Shown here: piece by piece, positions 51,836 to 64,000 of the stretch | Layout: the number at the start of each line of letters is the position of its first letter | How positions within the stretch are numbered: the stretch's first letter is position 1 | NCBI GenBank assembly: GCA_951406725.2 | Contig: OX597819.1 | Location: forward strand, 26,102,001 to 26,166,000 | DNA: 64,000 bases | Source of the DNA: Octopus vulgaris | Lineage: Eukaryota | Direction of reading: 5' to 3' | Program-made: the position numbers and the translations under genes | Notes under the pieces: generated by a model | What the model saw: only the letters and a program-made list of their open reading frames with translations | The model's database searches: none | Told to the model about the DNA's origin: nothing

Positions 51836-54800
51836 ATACTGACACAGATTTTCATGAGTTGATATATGTGGTCCGTGTGTGTGGGTGTGTGAACGTGTTG
51901 TTATTCTTGTTGTCATGTATGTCAGAATTCTACGTAATGCTGTATTCTCGTAGAAGACGTCTGGAGTTATTTAGGTAATTCCTTTTTAATTCGGATTGCG
52001 CATCCAATCAGGACTGATATGACCTGCAGTGTCGATGAAAATAAGTACGTAATTAAATACACTATTAGAAGCATCGCCCTCCGGGAGATATTGTTTATTA
52101 AATTCTGAATTGAGGTTTTGAATGAGCTCTAAACGTATTTAATAAATAAACATGAAAGAGAGAGTGACAAATCAGTGAAATAATTGAAATATTTTTTTTT
52201 TTAATAAGTAAACACTTTTAAAACATTTAATAAGCTTTCAAGATTTTTAAGAATAAGCAAAATATATAAAACACGTAATGTGCAAAGGCATTAGTTGTTG
52301 GAAAACGTCTAAGTGGTGATTGTCAAGATAACTTAACAGATGATACTCTGACCTAACCGGTAGTGGTTATAATATTGCACTTAAGCCATTGTTTCAAAAA
52401 CAGATCTGTAGTTATCGTAATGGCAAAGCTCAGCTCAATGTTGGGGGTAATACCAACTGAGATGGTTGTAATGAAACAACTGATCAGTATTTTTAATGAT
52501 TCAGACCTGTGACGATTGTAAGACCTTTACAGATTGTAAGATCAGTGGTGTCTGTAACGACACTGTTCGTGCCATTTGCAATAAAATAACTGCGGAGGTT
52601 GTAACGAATCAGCAAGTCAACGGTTATAATAGCACATCAAAATTGTGGCTGTAAAAACATAGCTGAATTCAGATTGGTATGCGAAATTAATATTCTTTGT
52701 AATGATGAGATTCAACGGTAGTTTTAATGATACAATCTTGTGGTGGTTCAAATGATGAAGCTAATATGATTTTAATAAAACAACTCAATTTTTTAAAAAT
52801 AATATTGTTAGTTGTTTGTGAAAGAGCACTCTTAGATGAACTATTGTAAAAGCTATAATATAGCTCTGTGGCGCTGATAATAACTTCTGTGTTTGATGGA
52901 ATGGTATAGTTAAGAGGTCTGTATAATGAAAGACTTCGGCAGTGAGAAAAATAACCTACACGATAGGTGTCTTAGTTGTAAACTAATTATATTTTCCTTG
53001 GAAGAGCCGAACTAATCATATTCATGCCTCACAGAATCAGATTTATGTTGTCTTCTCCGAAGTTCATACACAGACATTTCATTCAATTCTCTGATCCAAT
53101 TACCTTTCTTGTCCTTTGTTATTGTACCGTTGCTGCCAAAATATTACACTCAGCTGTTTGAGACAACAATGTTACTGCAACGCACGTATGTGCAATTTAA
53201 TCAAATACAAGTAAAAACATAAATATTATCTCGTAAGTTTTAAAAAGATATCAGGGGAGATAGTCCAGTCATATATGTTAGTCTAATTGATGAATACTTT
53301 CTTTATCTTAAAACGCAGAAAATACAAACATTAAAAAAAAACGTGTGCTTGCGTTTGTTTCTATGGATGGATCTGTGTGTGAGTCAGGAAGAAAAGAAAT
53401 TTATAAAATTTTCACCATTCAAAACCTTGTTCGTGATCGTGGAACAACATAATGATGATAGATAGTCGGAACGGATTACATGTATGGTATCTTGCACAAT
53501 AACTCTGATCTTTATTGTAATTACCTAAAAGTCAATTGGAAAGTTTTTATGGCAACCTTTTGTTTCATAGTCTGATTTAATCGAAACTAAAATTTGACAA
53601 CAAAAATGTTTAAAAAATCGACTTAGGAAAAAAAAAAAATGAAACGTAGCTTTTCAGATATTATGTGTGCCAGATAACAATGATTGTGTCGAGACCTGGC
53701 CAACCTATACCAGCTATGGTTTCTGCCTATAACAGATTTTACTATTTTTATTCATTTGTTTGTTCTTATATCTCCATGGCAGCAAGCATGTGCGCTGTTG
53801 AAATTCGCTTTATTTTTTTCGAAATCATTTCTTTTTACTAGCATCAGAATATGTGTGTATGAGTGATGGCTGACACTAGTTGGTTTTAGAATATTTTATC
53901 TTAGATCTGGTTTATAGTTAGTGGTAAGATGTGAACCAATTCGTCTTTCCTAATACGTGTATAGGTGGTGTCTGCATCTTGTATTTGTATCTCTTTTAGA
54001 AAGAATAAAACCTATACCTATTGAGAAAGCTACGGGATGGTGTGCGAAAATACTTCAAGGGTGGGTTGGGCTTAAATATACATACAATTGTCAATGTGTT
54101 TGTAGACTTCAGATAATAATCTTTGCGTAACAAATTTGATATATGTTAAAATATACAAACAATAAATTTTTGCTTTCCAAAATCTAAGAGAAAAAAATCT
54201 AAAATAATGGCTACATATAAATGTAAAACCAATCGTTTTTGATGTTCAGCAACATTTTGGCAGTTCTGATTTATCTGCTAAAACTGCAGTTATTAATAAC
54301 CTGAACAGTACATTGCCATAAACATTATGACGATACTATTCAGAGTAACAAATTTTTAAACGAAGAATGGCAGAAATCCGTGTAATATCTATGCCAGACT
54401 CTTTTAAGATTCTCGCTAAAGGAATTACAAGTGGGATCTTAACAGAACCCGGATATAAAAAAATAAATGAATAACTTCAATGATGCACACTGCAAAAAGT
54501 ATTTCATAGAGAATTACAATCTGCTTTGGGATTTGATAATTTGTTAAAAGCCTCATTGGATAGTATCATTTCTATGAAATACATAAATATTGGAAATTTT
54601 AATATATTTCAAATTATCCTTGAATAAACAAATTACACTGACATAGAGAATCTACATTGAAATACAATTATTTCTTAATGAACTTCTTTATATATATTAG
54701 AGATGTTTGCAATATGTACGTACGTGCGTGGAAGGGCATTATAAATGTAACACTCTGCATTATTTCTAGTTTCACGAAAGTAAGTCAAATACTCATAATG

Positions 54801-54916
54801 GGTGTTTGATTCCAGGTGTAAATAAGAGAATTAAGCATTTGATTGTTAAGAAGTGATTTCTCTAAATTATTAGAAGCTTGAGGGGATGTGATTCTGTTAA
54901 TACAAATACGAAACAT

Positions 54917-54918
<2 letters not shown>

Positions 54919-54973
<55 letters not shown>

Positions 54974-55295
54974 GTTATATATATATATTATATATGTTAT
55001 ATATATATATTATATATGTTATATATATATATTATATATGTTATATATATATATTATATATGTTATATATATTATATGTTATATATGTAATATATATATT
55101 ATATATGTTATATATGTTATATATGCTATATATATTATATATGTTATATATATATATATATTATATATGTTATATATATATATATTATATATGTTATATA
55201 TATATATTATATATGTTATATATATATATTATATATGTTATATATATATATATATATATATGTTATATATATATATGTTATATATATATATATGT

Positions 55296-55326
<31 letters not shown>

Positions 55327-55382
55327 ATGTGTGTGTGTGTATGTGTGTGTGTGTTTGTATGTGTGTGTGTGTGTGTGTGTGT
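54919..55382. repeat. TA-rich minisatellite (tatatatgttatatatatatat-type units) followed by (TG)n
   Basis: Visible tandem units. Confidence 0.95.
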
Positions 55383-55679
55383 GGAGGCGCAATGGCCCAG
55401 TGTTTAGGGCAGCAGACTCGCGGCTGTAGGATCGCGGTTTCAATTCCCAGACCGGGCATTGTGAGTGTTTATTGAGCGAAAACACCTAAAAGCTCCACGA
55501 CGCTCCTGCGGAGGTGGTAGCGATCCCTGCTGTACTCTTTCGCCACAACTTTCTCTCACTCTTTCTTCTGTTGGCCTACTCGCTTAGCCAGCGGGGTGGC
55601 ATCATTTGGAGGCTAAAACAATGCGAAGCGCATTGTGACCAGCGATGTATAGCATCATCTGATAGCCTGGTCGGTCACG

Positions 55680-55684
<5 letters not shown>
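55383..55684 (+). mobile_element. Family B SINE, full length
   Basis: Colinear with 5862-6156; (TG)n before and (TA)n after. Confidence 0.92.
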
Positions 55685-55738
<54 letters not shown>

Positions 55739-56657
55739 AAGTGTAATTCTATGTGTGCTCGTAAACTTGGTGATTTTCTTTTTCTATCGTTACTCGGAGA
55801 CTACTACCAACGATTTACTTGGATACTGTTGTTGTTTCTACTACTTTATTCGCAGTTTATTTAGTCTCGCTATAAAATCAGGACCAACAGGTTTGCTGTT
55901 GGTATCATAAAATGGTGTTTAAAATGATATGGTTTCGTGAATGTGAAAGAATTCGTTCAGACTCACTCAACTCTCCTTCTCTCTCTCTCTCGTTCTTCCA
56001 ATGTACCAATAAAGAATAGTGGAACATTTTTTTGAAAAATGTATGCAAATTTTGGGGAGTTCAACTCTGCGATTAATTATACGAGATTAAAAGCGTAATC
56101 AAAATTATTAAAAAAACTAATCCAGCGGATATTATGAGAAATATATTACAGTCTTTTAATGCATACTTTTAATATAAATAAAATTGTATCTACGGAGTTT
56201 ATATCGCCCGGCAAGTTAGCAATTGATTCGAACCTAATTCGAATTTGGCGAAACGTCTTCCCATTTCATGATCTATATTCCATATCGAACCCAACTACAG
56301 AAGACTCTGACTAGGTTTTTATTTACAAAAGACATCTAGACATTCTGTTTCATGGTATATAATTAGTGAGCCGCTCTGTTGTGATGTACGGTAGTTGTAT
56401 GAATGTTCGGTTATAAAATAAATAATTAAACATAGGAAGATGGGGCATGTGCAAAGGTGAAAGATGAGCGTAAACACTTTTTTTATTTTTGTTTTTATTT
56501 AAGAGCAACAGAATACATAATCAATATTGTTAAAATAATAATTGTTTTGTAAAACAGTCTCTCAAATATAATTACAAACTAAGAACGGAAAGCAAATTAA
56601 AAGATAGACAACATAAACAACTGTATGTTTGTAGTGACAAGCAAATATAAATACACT

Positions 56658-56690
<33 letters not shown>

Positions 56691-56886
56691 AACACACACA
56701 AACACAAACATACTCACACACATGTACGTGTGTATGTATAAATTCGCATAGACAAGTAAGTAGATAGACGGTGAGATAGAGAGCGAGAGAGAGAGAGATA
56801 CACGTATATACATTGATGGGATAGATAGATAGATAGACATACAGGTAGATAGATAGATAGACACACCTATATATATATATATATGT

Positions 56887-56930
<44 letters not shown>

Positions 56931-56932
<2 letters not shown>

Positions 56933-57230
56933 AGGCGCAATGGCTCAGTGGTTAGGGCAGTGGACTAGCGGTCGTAGGATCGTGGTTTCGATTCCCAGAC
57001 CGAGCGTTGTGAGGGTTTATTGAGCGAAAACACCTAAGGCTCAACGAGGCTCTGGCAGGGGATGGTGGCGATCCCTGCTGTACTCTTTCGCCACAACTTT
57101 CTCTCACTCTTTCTTCTGTTGGCCTACTCGCTTAGGCAGCGGGGTGGCGTCATTCGAAGGCTAAAACTATGCGAAGCGCATTGTGACCAGCGGTGTGTAG
57201 CATCATCTGATAGCCTGGTCGGTCATGTGA
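56931..57230 (+). mobile_element. Family B SINE, full length
   Basis: Colinear with 55383-55684; (TG)n before and TA/(TATG)n after. Confidence 0.92.
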
Positions 57231-57772
57231 AATATATATACATGTATGTATGTATGTATGTATGTATGTATGTATGTATGTATGTATGTATGTATGTATG
57301 TTTGCATGTACGTACGTACAAGCAAGGTATACATAATACTAACTTTTTGATAAATCAGCATGGAAAAATTGTAAATTTAATAAAAAAAAAAATGTTCCAT
57401 GCAAAAGTTCAGTGTCTACTTCCCAGTATTCTTCAACTCCTCGTCTACCCTCTTCATTCTCTGCCTCTACCTCTCTATCATCCTCTCTCAGTGTATCTAT
57501 CAGTCTGTCTATCCACAACGATCCACAACGATTGAAAGAATTATCTGGCTAGATATTCACCCCATTCCTCATTCTTCGGCCTTCCTTTGTCGTCTATGTT
57601 AATATAATCCAGTATATGACCCCAAGATATTTTAGCCCAAGCAGATTTTCGTCATACTACTGCATACATTTCTGGTGACGAGATCAATATTAAGCGACTG
57701 GAAAGACTCGTCATCTCCATAGTAATTTCAACCTTTCTCTGACTCTACGATGCGTAGTCTTGTTGCAAATAG

Positions 57773-57835
<63 letters not shown>

Positions 57836-57920
57836 GAGAGAAAGTTGTGGCGAAAGAGTACAGCAGGGATCGCCACCATCCCCTGCCAGAGCCTCGTTGA
57901 GCCTTTAGGTGTTCTCGCCT
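57836..57920 (-). mobile_element. Family B SINE internal fragment
   Basis: gagagaaagttgtggcgaaagagtacagcagggatcgccacc. Confidence 0.8.
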
Positions 57921-57943
57921 CATGTTTTTATTTTTATTTTGAT

Positions 57944-57980
<37 letters not shown>

Positions 57981-58559
57981 AATATGAGTGTGCGCAGGCA
58001 TATATATAGGTGTGCGTTTTGCATATGTCTGCATGCATTATATACATGTTTCTAAACATACGCCACGCACGCACTGAAACTGGCACACAAACATATATGT
58101 TTATACCTCGATAATTATATACGCACAAAGGCTGGCGCACGCATGCATAGAGTGTGTTGGAGCGACATAGAGAGAGTGATGGAGAAAGGAAAAAGTAGAG
58201 AAATTGCATATACTGTTATCAGATGACAGAGGAGCGGCTTGTAATGAAGAATAAAATATAGGAAAAAAAATGTAAAAATCTAAAAGCTCACTAATTTTGT
58301 CACGTGTAATGCATTCTTCTCAATCAATTCCAAGTTAAACTTAAGTGCTTAAATAGGTCAATAAAAGTTGCAATCACAACGGAATTTTCAAATGACTTGC
58401 AATGAATAATATTAATATATGCAGGTGTGTATGTATCAGTGCGTGTGAATTTTATACAGGCACAGATTCACGTACACACAGACAAGCAAACACACACATT
58501 CACGAATGCGTGTGTGTATGTATATGACTATTTATGCAGGTTTTTGTTAGTATGCATAA

Positions 58560-58574
58560 ATGTGTATGTATGTA

Positions 58575-58635
<61 letters not shown>

Positions 58636-58692
58636 GTATGTATATATATGTATATATATATATTTATATATGTATGTATATATATATATATT

Positions 58693-58728
<36 letters not shown>

Positions 58729-59110
58729 TTTATATATGTATGTATATATATATTTATATATGTATGTATATATATATTTATATGTATGTATATATTTATA
58801 TATGTATGTATATATATATTTATATATGTATGTATATATATATTTATATATGTATGTATATATATATTTATATATGTATATATATAAATATATATATATG
58901 TTTATATATATATTTATATATATGTTTATATATATATTTATATATGTATATATATATATATGTATGTATATATGTATGTATATATATATATGTATGCATA
59001 TATGTATGTATATATACATATGTATGTATATATGTATGTATATATGTATGTATATATGTATATATATATGTATGTATATATGTATGTATATATATATATA
59101 TATATGTATG

Positions 59111-59146
<36 letters not shown>

Positions 59147-59211
59147 TATATATGTATATATTTGTATGTATATATATATATATATATGTATGTATATATA
59201 TGTACATACAT

Positions 59212-59263
<52 letters not shown>

Positions 59264-59282
59264 GCATATATATATGTATGCA
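58560..59282. repeat. Compound TA/TATG/TTTA microsatellite field
   Basis: Visible tandem units. Confidence 0.95.
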
Positions 59283-59284
59283 TT

Positions 59285-59517
59285 AAGGCGGCGTTCTGGC
59301 AGAAACGTTAGCACGCCGGGCTAAATGCGTTACCGTATTTCGTCTGCCGTTACGTTCCGAGTTTAAATTCCGCCGAGGTCGACTTTGCCTTTCATCCTTC
59401 CGGGGTCGATAAATTAAGTACCAGTTACGCACTGGGGTCGATGTAATCGACTTAATCCCTTTGTCTGTCCTTGTATGTCTCCTCTGTGTTTAGCCCCTTG
59501 TTGGTAGTAAAGAAATA
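59285..59517 (+). mobile_element. Family C SINE monomer
   Basis: Colinear with the reverse complement of 31212-31444. Confidence 0.9.
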
Positions 59518-60414
59518 TATATATGTATGCATGTATGCATGTGTGTATAAATATATATATAGATAGATAGATAAATAGATAGATAAAACTTACTTGGAAA
59601 TAGATGCGTGGAGTTCGATCATAAAATAATATTAAGATATAAATAATACTAAGTGGCATATATACATATATGTAATTACCTACATATATATGTATATATA
59701 CATGCATATATCGGTAGAGGACCTCGAAAAAATGTGATTAAAAGGAAATACGAGAACATGATATAACAAAAATATAGAAAACGAACTTTTTCTCGGAGAT
59801 CGAAAGAAAGAAATAGAGAAACGAGTAAAGCAACGTAAAGAACAATCCCTTTATCAGTTGTCCCCAGTTTTATCTACTCCACGTTTTGAATGTTGGGGCA
59901 AGACGCAACTTCGTTATAACAGTCGTTCCCGTAAAGCAAATTAAATAAAATTTGGGACAGTATGAACAAAACAGTAAAAGCAAAAGGTAAGGGCTTTTAA
60001 GCAATAACGAGGTGAAGAAGTGAACGCTGGAGAAACGTGCTTTTGGTTTTTGTTTTAAATTTCTTTTATGGATTGTGAAAAAACGCATATTTTAATGAAA
60101 TTTTTAATTCCCTTGTTTGCTTCTGAGTATGTGTGTTGGTACGAATGTATCCACGTATGCTTTTAGGTACCTGTATACATACACATGCACGTACGCACAC
60201 TCGCACACGCACAGACACACAGACACATACAAACACACCCATACACACACCATTTATATATATACATGCGCATGGACGTTTGTATGTATGTATACTTCGT
60301 ACGTATGTATGTACGTATGCGTGATAAAGTAGCAAAGGAACTTGCACTGGAATTTATGCCAGCTCTGTGGCAATTTCGGGAGAATACAGATGGTTTTAAA
60401 TTGAAATTGTGTTA

Positions 60415-61706
60415 CTAGAAATTTACTTAAGCCCTTCGGATGGCTTGTAAGGCATGCAGCGTAAAGCCGCTTGGCATAGTTTGATCTTGAATTCTACTGT
60501 ACCGGCACATTAAGTTTTAGTATTCTAGGTTACTTCTGCTGTTTGCAGCAATGCTTGGAAGGAACGTGTGTAGCGTGTGATCGTTGCATTGACTATGACA
60601 AAGAAAGTTGAGTAGAAATTCTGCATCGCATTTTGCCAAATGCTTGGCGATACCTGTTCAGAGGCCTACACAACGTTGCAGAAAGTGTATGGGGAAAGTG
60701 TATGCAGAAAGTGTATGAGCCACACACAAGTACACGAGTGGTTCAGACGTTTCCAAGATGGCCGACAAAATGCCGGTAGTGACGAACCTTCTGTGAGACC
60801 CGTAACCAGCAAAACTAAAAGAAACATCGCAGATGTTCATGCAGTTATATGGAGAAATCGTCGAAACCCCATCCGTGAATTATCAGAGGATGTGCAGATT
60901 AGTTTTTGTTCAGTTCAGTCTATTATCACTGAAGGTTTGTGTATGATATATCTGTCTAACCGATCTGTGCTAAAACTGCTTTCAGCTAACCAAAATGACA
61001 TTTGGGTTTCAGTTGTACAAGATCTTGATTGTGTCCAGAACGATGAAAACATTTTTAAAACATCCATAATGAGTGATGAATCTTGGGTATATGGCTATAT
61101 CCCCGAAACAGTGGAAGACCCGAACCTCCCCGAAACTGAAGAAAGTACGAATATGTCGAAGCAATTTGAAGATACTGTTGACCGTTTTCTTCGACTGCAA
61201 AAGAATTGTTCATCATGTGTAAGCTCCATCTGGTCAGACAGTAAACAAGTAGTACTACCGTGTCGTTTTGCGGAGTTTGTGGGATGGTATTCGTGGGAAA
61301 CGTCCACAATTGCAGACGTCCGGTGAGTGGAAATTGCACCATGAGTGGCAATTGCACCTGTGAGTGGCAATGACATCTGCCCATTCCACGCAGCTTGTGC
61401 AGCAGCTTTTGGTTAGACACAGCATTCTCCAGGTCCGACAGCCACCGTATTCCCCAGATCTTAATCCTTGCGACATTTTTCCGCTTTCCAAGAGTCAAAT
61501 TCCACTTGAAAGGAAGAATGCGACGAGGCAGCTGTTGATTATCCCAGAAAAGGAATTTCAGGAATACTTCCATCGATGGAAACAGCTCTATGTTAAGTGT
61601 GTGGCTTCCTAAAGGGATTACTATGAAGGAGATTAAATACTAAATTGGTACGGGTTGTAGTTTTGCTTTTACAAAACCGGTCCGGATACTTATTGATCAG
61701 ACCTAG
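60415..61706 (+). mobile_element. Decayed mariner transposon, second family
   Basis: Right end ccggatacttattgatcagacctag|TA looks like a mariner TIR. No matching left TIR was found, so the start is estimated from typical element length. Confidence 0.75.
60595..61636 (+). pseudogene. Mariner DD34D transposase pseudogene, heavily frameshifted
   Basis: EAYTTLQKVYGE...QVHEWFRRFQDGR (HTH), IMSDESWVYGY, and QPPYSPDLNPCDIF in a different frame. Confidence 0.88.
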
Positions 61707-61804
61707 TATTAACGTTACATTTACAGATTCTCACTCTGACTGATCGAACAAATGATAGATCATCGTCGAAAGACACCGGAAAACCCATCACTCTTGTATG
61801 TATG

Positions 61805-61867
<63 letters not shown>

Positions 61868-61871
<4 letters not shown>

Positions 61872-61925
61872 GAGTAAACACATAAATGTGAAACAAGGTG
61901 GAAGAAAAGAGTACTCTTTAAATAA
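61868..61925 (+). mobile_element. Fragment of the element at 26385-26459
   Basis: gagtaaacacataaatgtgaaacaaggtggaa.aaa.gagtactc is shared and also follows a (TA)n run. Confidence 0.75.
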
Positions 61926-61927
61926 AG

Positions 61928-61974
<47 letters not shown>

Positions 61975-62479
61975 ATACACATCAAGATCAGTAGAATTTG
62001 TGTGAATGTATGTATCTTTGTATATATCTACATACGCATGGATGTAAATATGTAAGTGTGTTCGTAAGCATGTGCATGTGTGTTTTATAATGTCTCTGCA
62101 AGCTATGAGCTCGTGACGTCCAATTGTCTGAATCTTTATCAGATAACCAATTTGATATGCGGAGAATCGCTGCATTCTGTGAATAAGAATTGCTAGGTGT
62201 CACTAAGAAACAAAAATCATCATTTAATGTTGCACTATACACAAACACGCTGACACACAACGGATTTACATATTACAACAATAATATTATTATCAGCGTT
62301 TCTATGATATTGGCAAAAGTAGAACGATGAGTGCTCAACACTGCAATGGTGGATAAATGCCTTGATTCTCAAATAAATAAATTATATGTATGTATGTGTG
62401 TGTGTATCTAAGTTTGTATGTATGCATATATGTAGGTATACATATGTATGTATGTATGAATGTATGTATGCATGTATGC

Positions 62480-62543
<64 letters not shown>

Positions 62544-62544
<1 letters not shown>

Positions 62545-62890
62545 GAGGCGCAATAGCCCAGTGGTTAGGGCATCGGACTCGCGGTCGTAGGATCGCGGTT
62601 TAGATTCCCAGACCGGGCGTTGTGAGTGTTTATTGAGCGAAAACACCTAAAGCTCCACGAGGCTCCGGCAGGGGATGGTGGTGATCCCTGCTGTACTCTT
62701 TCACCACAACCTTCTCTCACTCTTACTTCCTGTTTCTGTTGTACCTGTATTTCAAAGGGCCGGCCTTGTGTCACGCTGAATATCCCCGAGAACTACGTTA
62801 AGGGTACACGTGTCGTTAATTTCACGAGCAGGCTGTTCCGTTGATTCGGATCAACCGGAACCCTCGTCGTCGTAACCGACGGAGTGCTTC
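62544..62890 (+). mobile_element. Chimeric SINE: family B head and body with family D tail
   Basis: B-like up to about 62722. From about 62738, gttgtacctgtatttcaaaggg...ccctcgtcgtcgtaaccgacggagt matches the reverse complement of 9473-9655. Confidence 0.88.
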
Positions 62891-62895
62891 CATCC

Positions 62896-62944
<49 letters not shown>

Positions 62945-63042
62945 CGAATGGTTTACACCTGGTTTTTTACTGGTAAAGCACGGTCACTTTCAAAGTGATC
63001 GTTAGGTATATAGAAGAAGATGGAATATACGAGAATTTATTA

Positions 63043-63148
63043 ATCACGACAATTGTTTCGATACATCTAGCATCAATTCCTGTTGGGTGGGACACTCAAC
63101 AACTGATTCAGGAGCATCCAGTGGTGCAGATGTATCTCGTCGGGTGAT
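63043..63148 (-). ncRNA. Type I hammerhead ribozyme motif with long stem II
   Basis: Minus strand: atcac-CCGACGA-gatacatct...agatgtatc-GAAA-caattg-TC-gtgat. Stems are perfect; one core substitution. Confidence 0.7.
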
Positions 63149-63302
63149 AAATAAATACAACTCGGTAAAATGACTGTTCCGCTATGTAACTTACCGTTTT
63201 GTAGAGAGAAAATCAGCCAGTGGGAGGAAGTATCCTGCTTTTCTCTCTACAAAACGGAAAGTTACATTGCGGAACAGTCATTTTAACGAGTTGTATTTAA
63301 TT

Positions 63303-63383
63303 ATCATCTGGCGAGATACATCTGCATTACCGGATGCACTGAATAGGAATAGATGCTAGATCTGTCGAAACAATTGTCGTGAT
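63303..63383 (+). ncRNA. Type I hammerhead ribozyme motif with long stem II
   Basis: atcat-CTGGCGA-gatacatct...agatctgtc-GAAA-caattg-TC-gtgat. A different single core substitution. Confidence 0.65.
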
Positions 63384-64000
63384 TAATAATAAATTCTCTC
63401 TATTTGGTGCAATCCTATCTCCTTTTTGTTCTCAGCTAAATTCTAAATGTACAATGAATTTGTATAATATTAATCGTTATTAAGACACGTAACCTAGTTT
63501 CTAAGTGGCTGAGCACACGATCGTTAAATCAGGGGGCCTCGATTTCTCGACTGGGTGACTGCGTTTTTCCAGGAGCAAACTTCTTTATTTCACTTTGGTG
63601 CAGTATACCCTACTGAAAAAGAATACTATCAGTATCAGTTGGCCCCTTCTCCGGGGAGTCCGTGATTAACATAAATTAACATAAATCTCGATCTTATGAA
63701 CTTGTAAGCACGAAACAGACTGTATATCAACCCTTGCACTGCTTACTTTAATAAAACGGTGGGCTTCCTGAAGCATTGATAGATTATCAACAAACGTGAA
63801 TTGAACTATTTAAGTACCTCATCTTACATGGCCGACTTTGCCTTACATCACGAATGTTTCACTAGACTTGTAAATAAGTGTTGAGCTACATTTAATGAAA
63901 TATACTATCCTCTAAAATGTTTAAATTTATGGTAAAGCCAGAAATAAATCTTCTCTTAAGTAAGTTGGATCTAGATTGACAGAAACGTTTAGAGTATCTT

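Larger units (their letters stand above)
63031..63398. mobile_element. Fold-back element with two outward-facing hammerhead motifs
   Basis: Arms 63031-63215 and 63236-63398 are diverged reverse complements with one indel of about 25 bp. Confidence 0.8.

Noticed and set aside
58427-59324. Long ORFs (250-294 aa) rich in Y/I/M/C/V, and similar ORFs at 25595-26487, 39977-40526 and 54888-55475
   Set aside because: Translations of stop-free TA/TG microsatellites, not genes.
59715-59960. Probable dispersed repeat with ctgataa on the minus strand
   Set aside because: No second copy in the window and no complete hammerhead could be assembled.
60408-60435. tactag as the left TIR of the second mariner
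   Set aside because: Only six bases match the right end; the rest diverges.
61730-61775. ctgatcga...atgat-ag-atcat-cgtc-gaaa hammerhead-like string
   Set aside because: Core spacing is off and I could not pair stem I or stem III.

Overview
AT-rich, repeat-saturated animal genomic DNA with no convincing host exon. Almost every ORF in the track is a translation of (TA)n/(CA)n microsatellites or SINE sequence. The repeat families resemble, from recall, those of octopus/coleoid cephalopod genomes; this is an inference. Content: two decayed mariner (DD34D) transposons, one a complete 1,286-bp copy with TIRs and TA target sites; a CR1/L2-type LINE 3' fragment; several non-autonomous Helitrons; and dozens of tRNA-derived SINE copies in at least four families (called A-D here), which share and swap head and tail modules and nest into each other. 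The most notable signal is four fold-back (palindromic) elements (845-1355, 26385-26748 with a partner at 25430-25615, 35879-36307, 63031-63398) with no extended sequence similarity visible between them. In each, both arms carry a type I hammerhead-ribozyme motif (CUGANGA-stem II-GAAA-short palindromic stem III-UH) pointing outward. Further hammerhead-like motifs occur in non-palindromic Penelope-like repeats. All structures were read by eye; no folding or database search was run.
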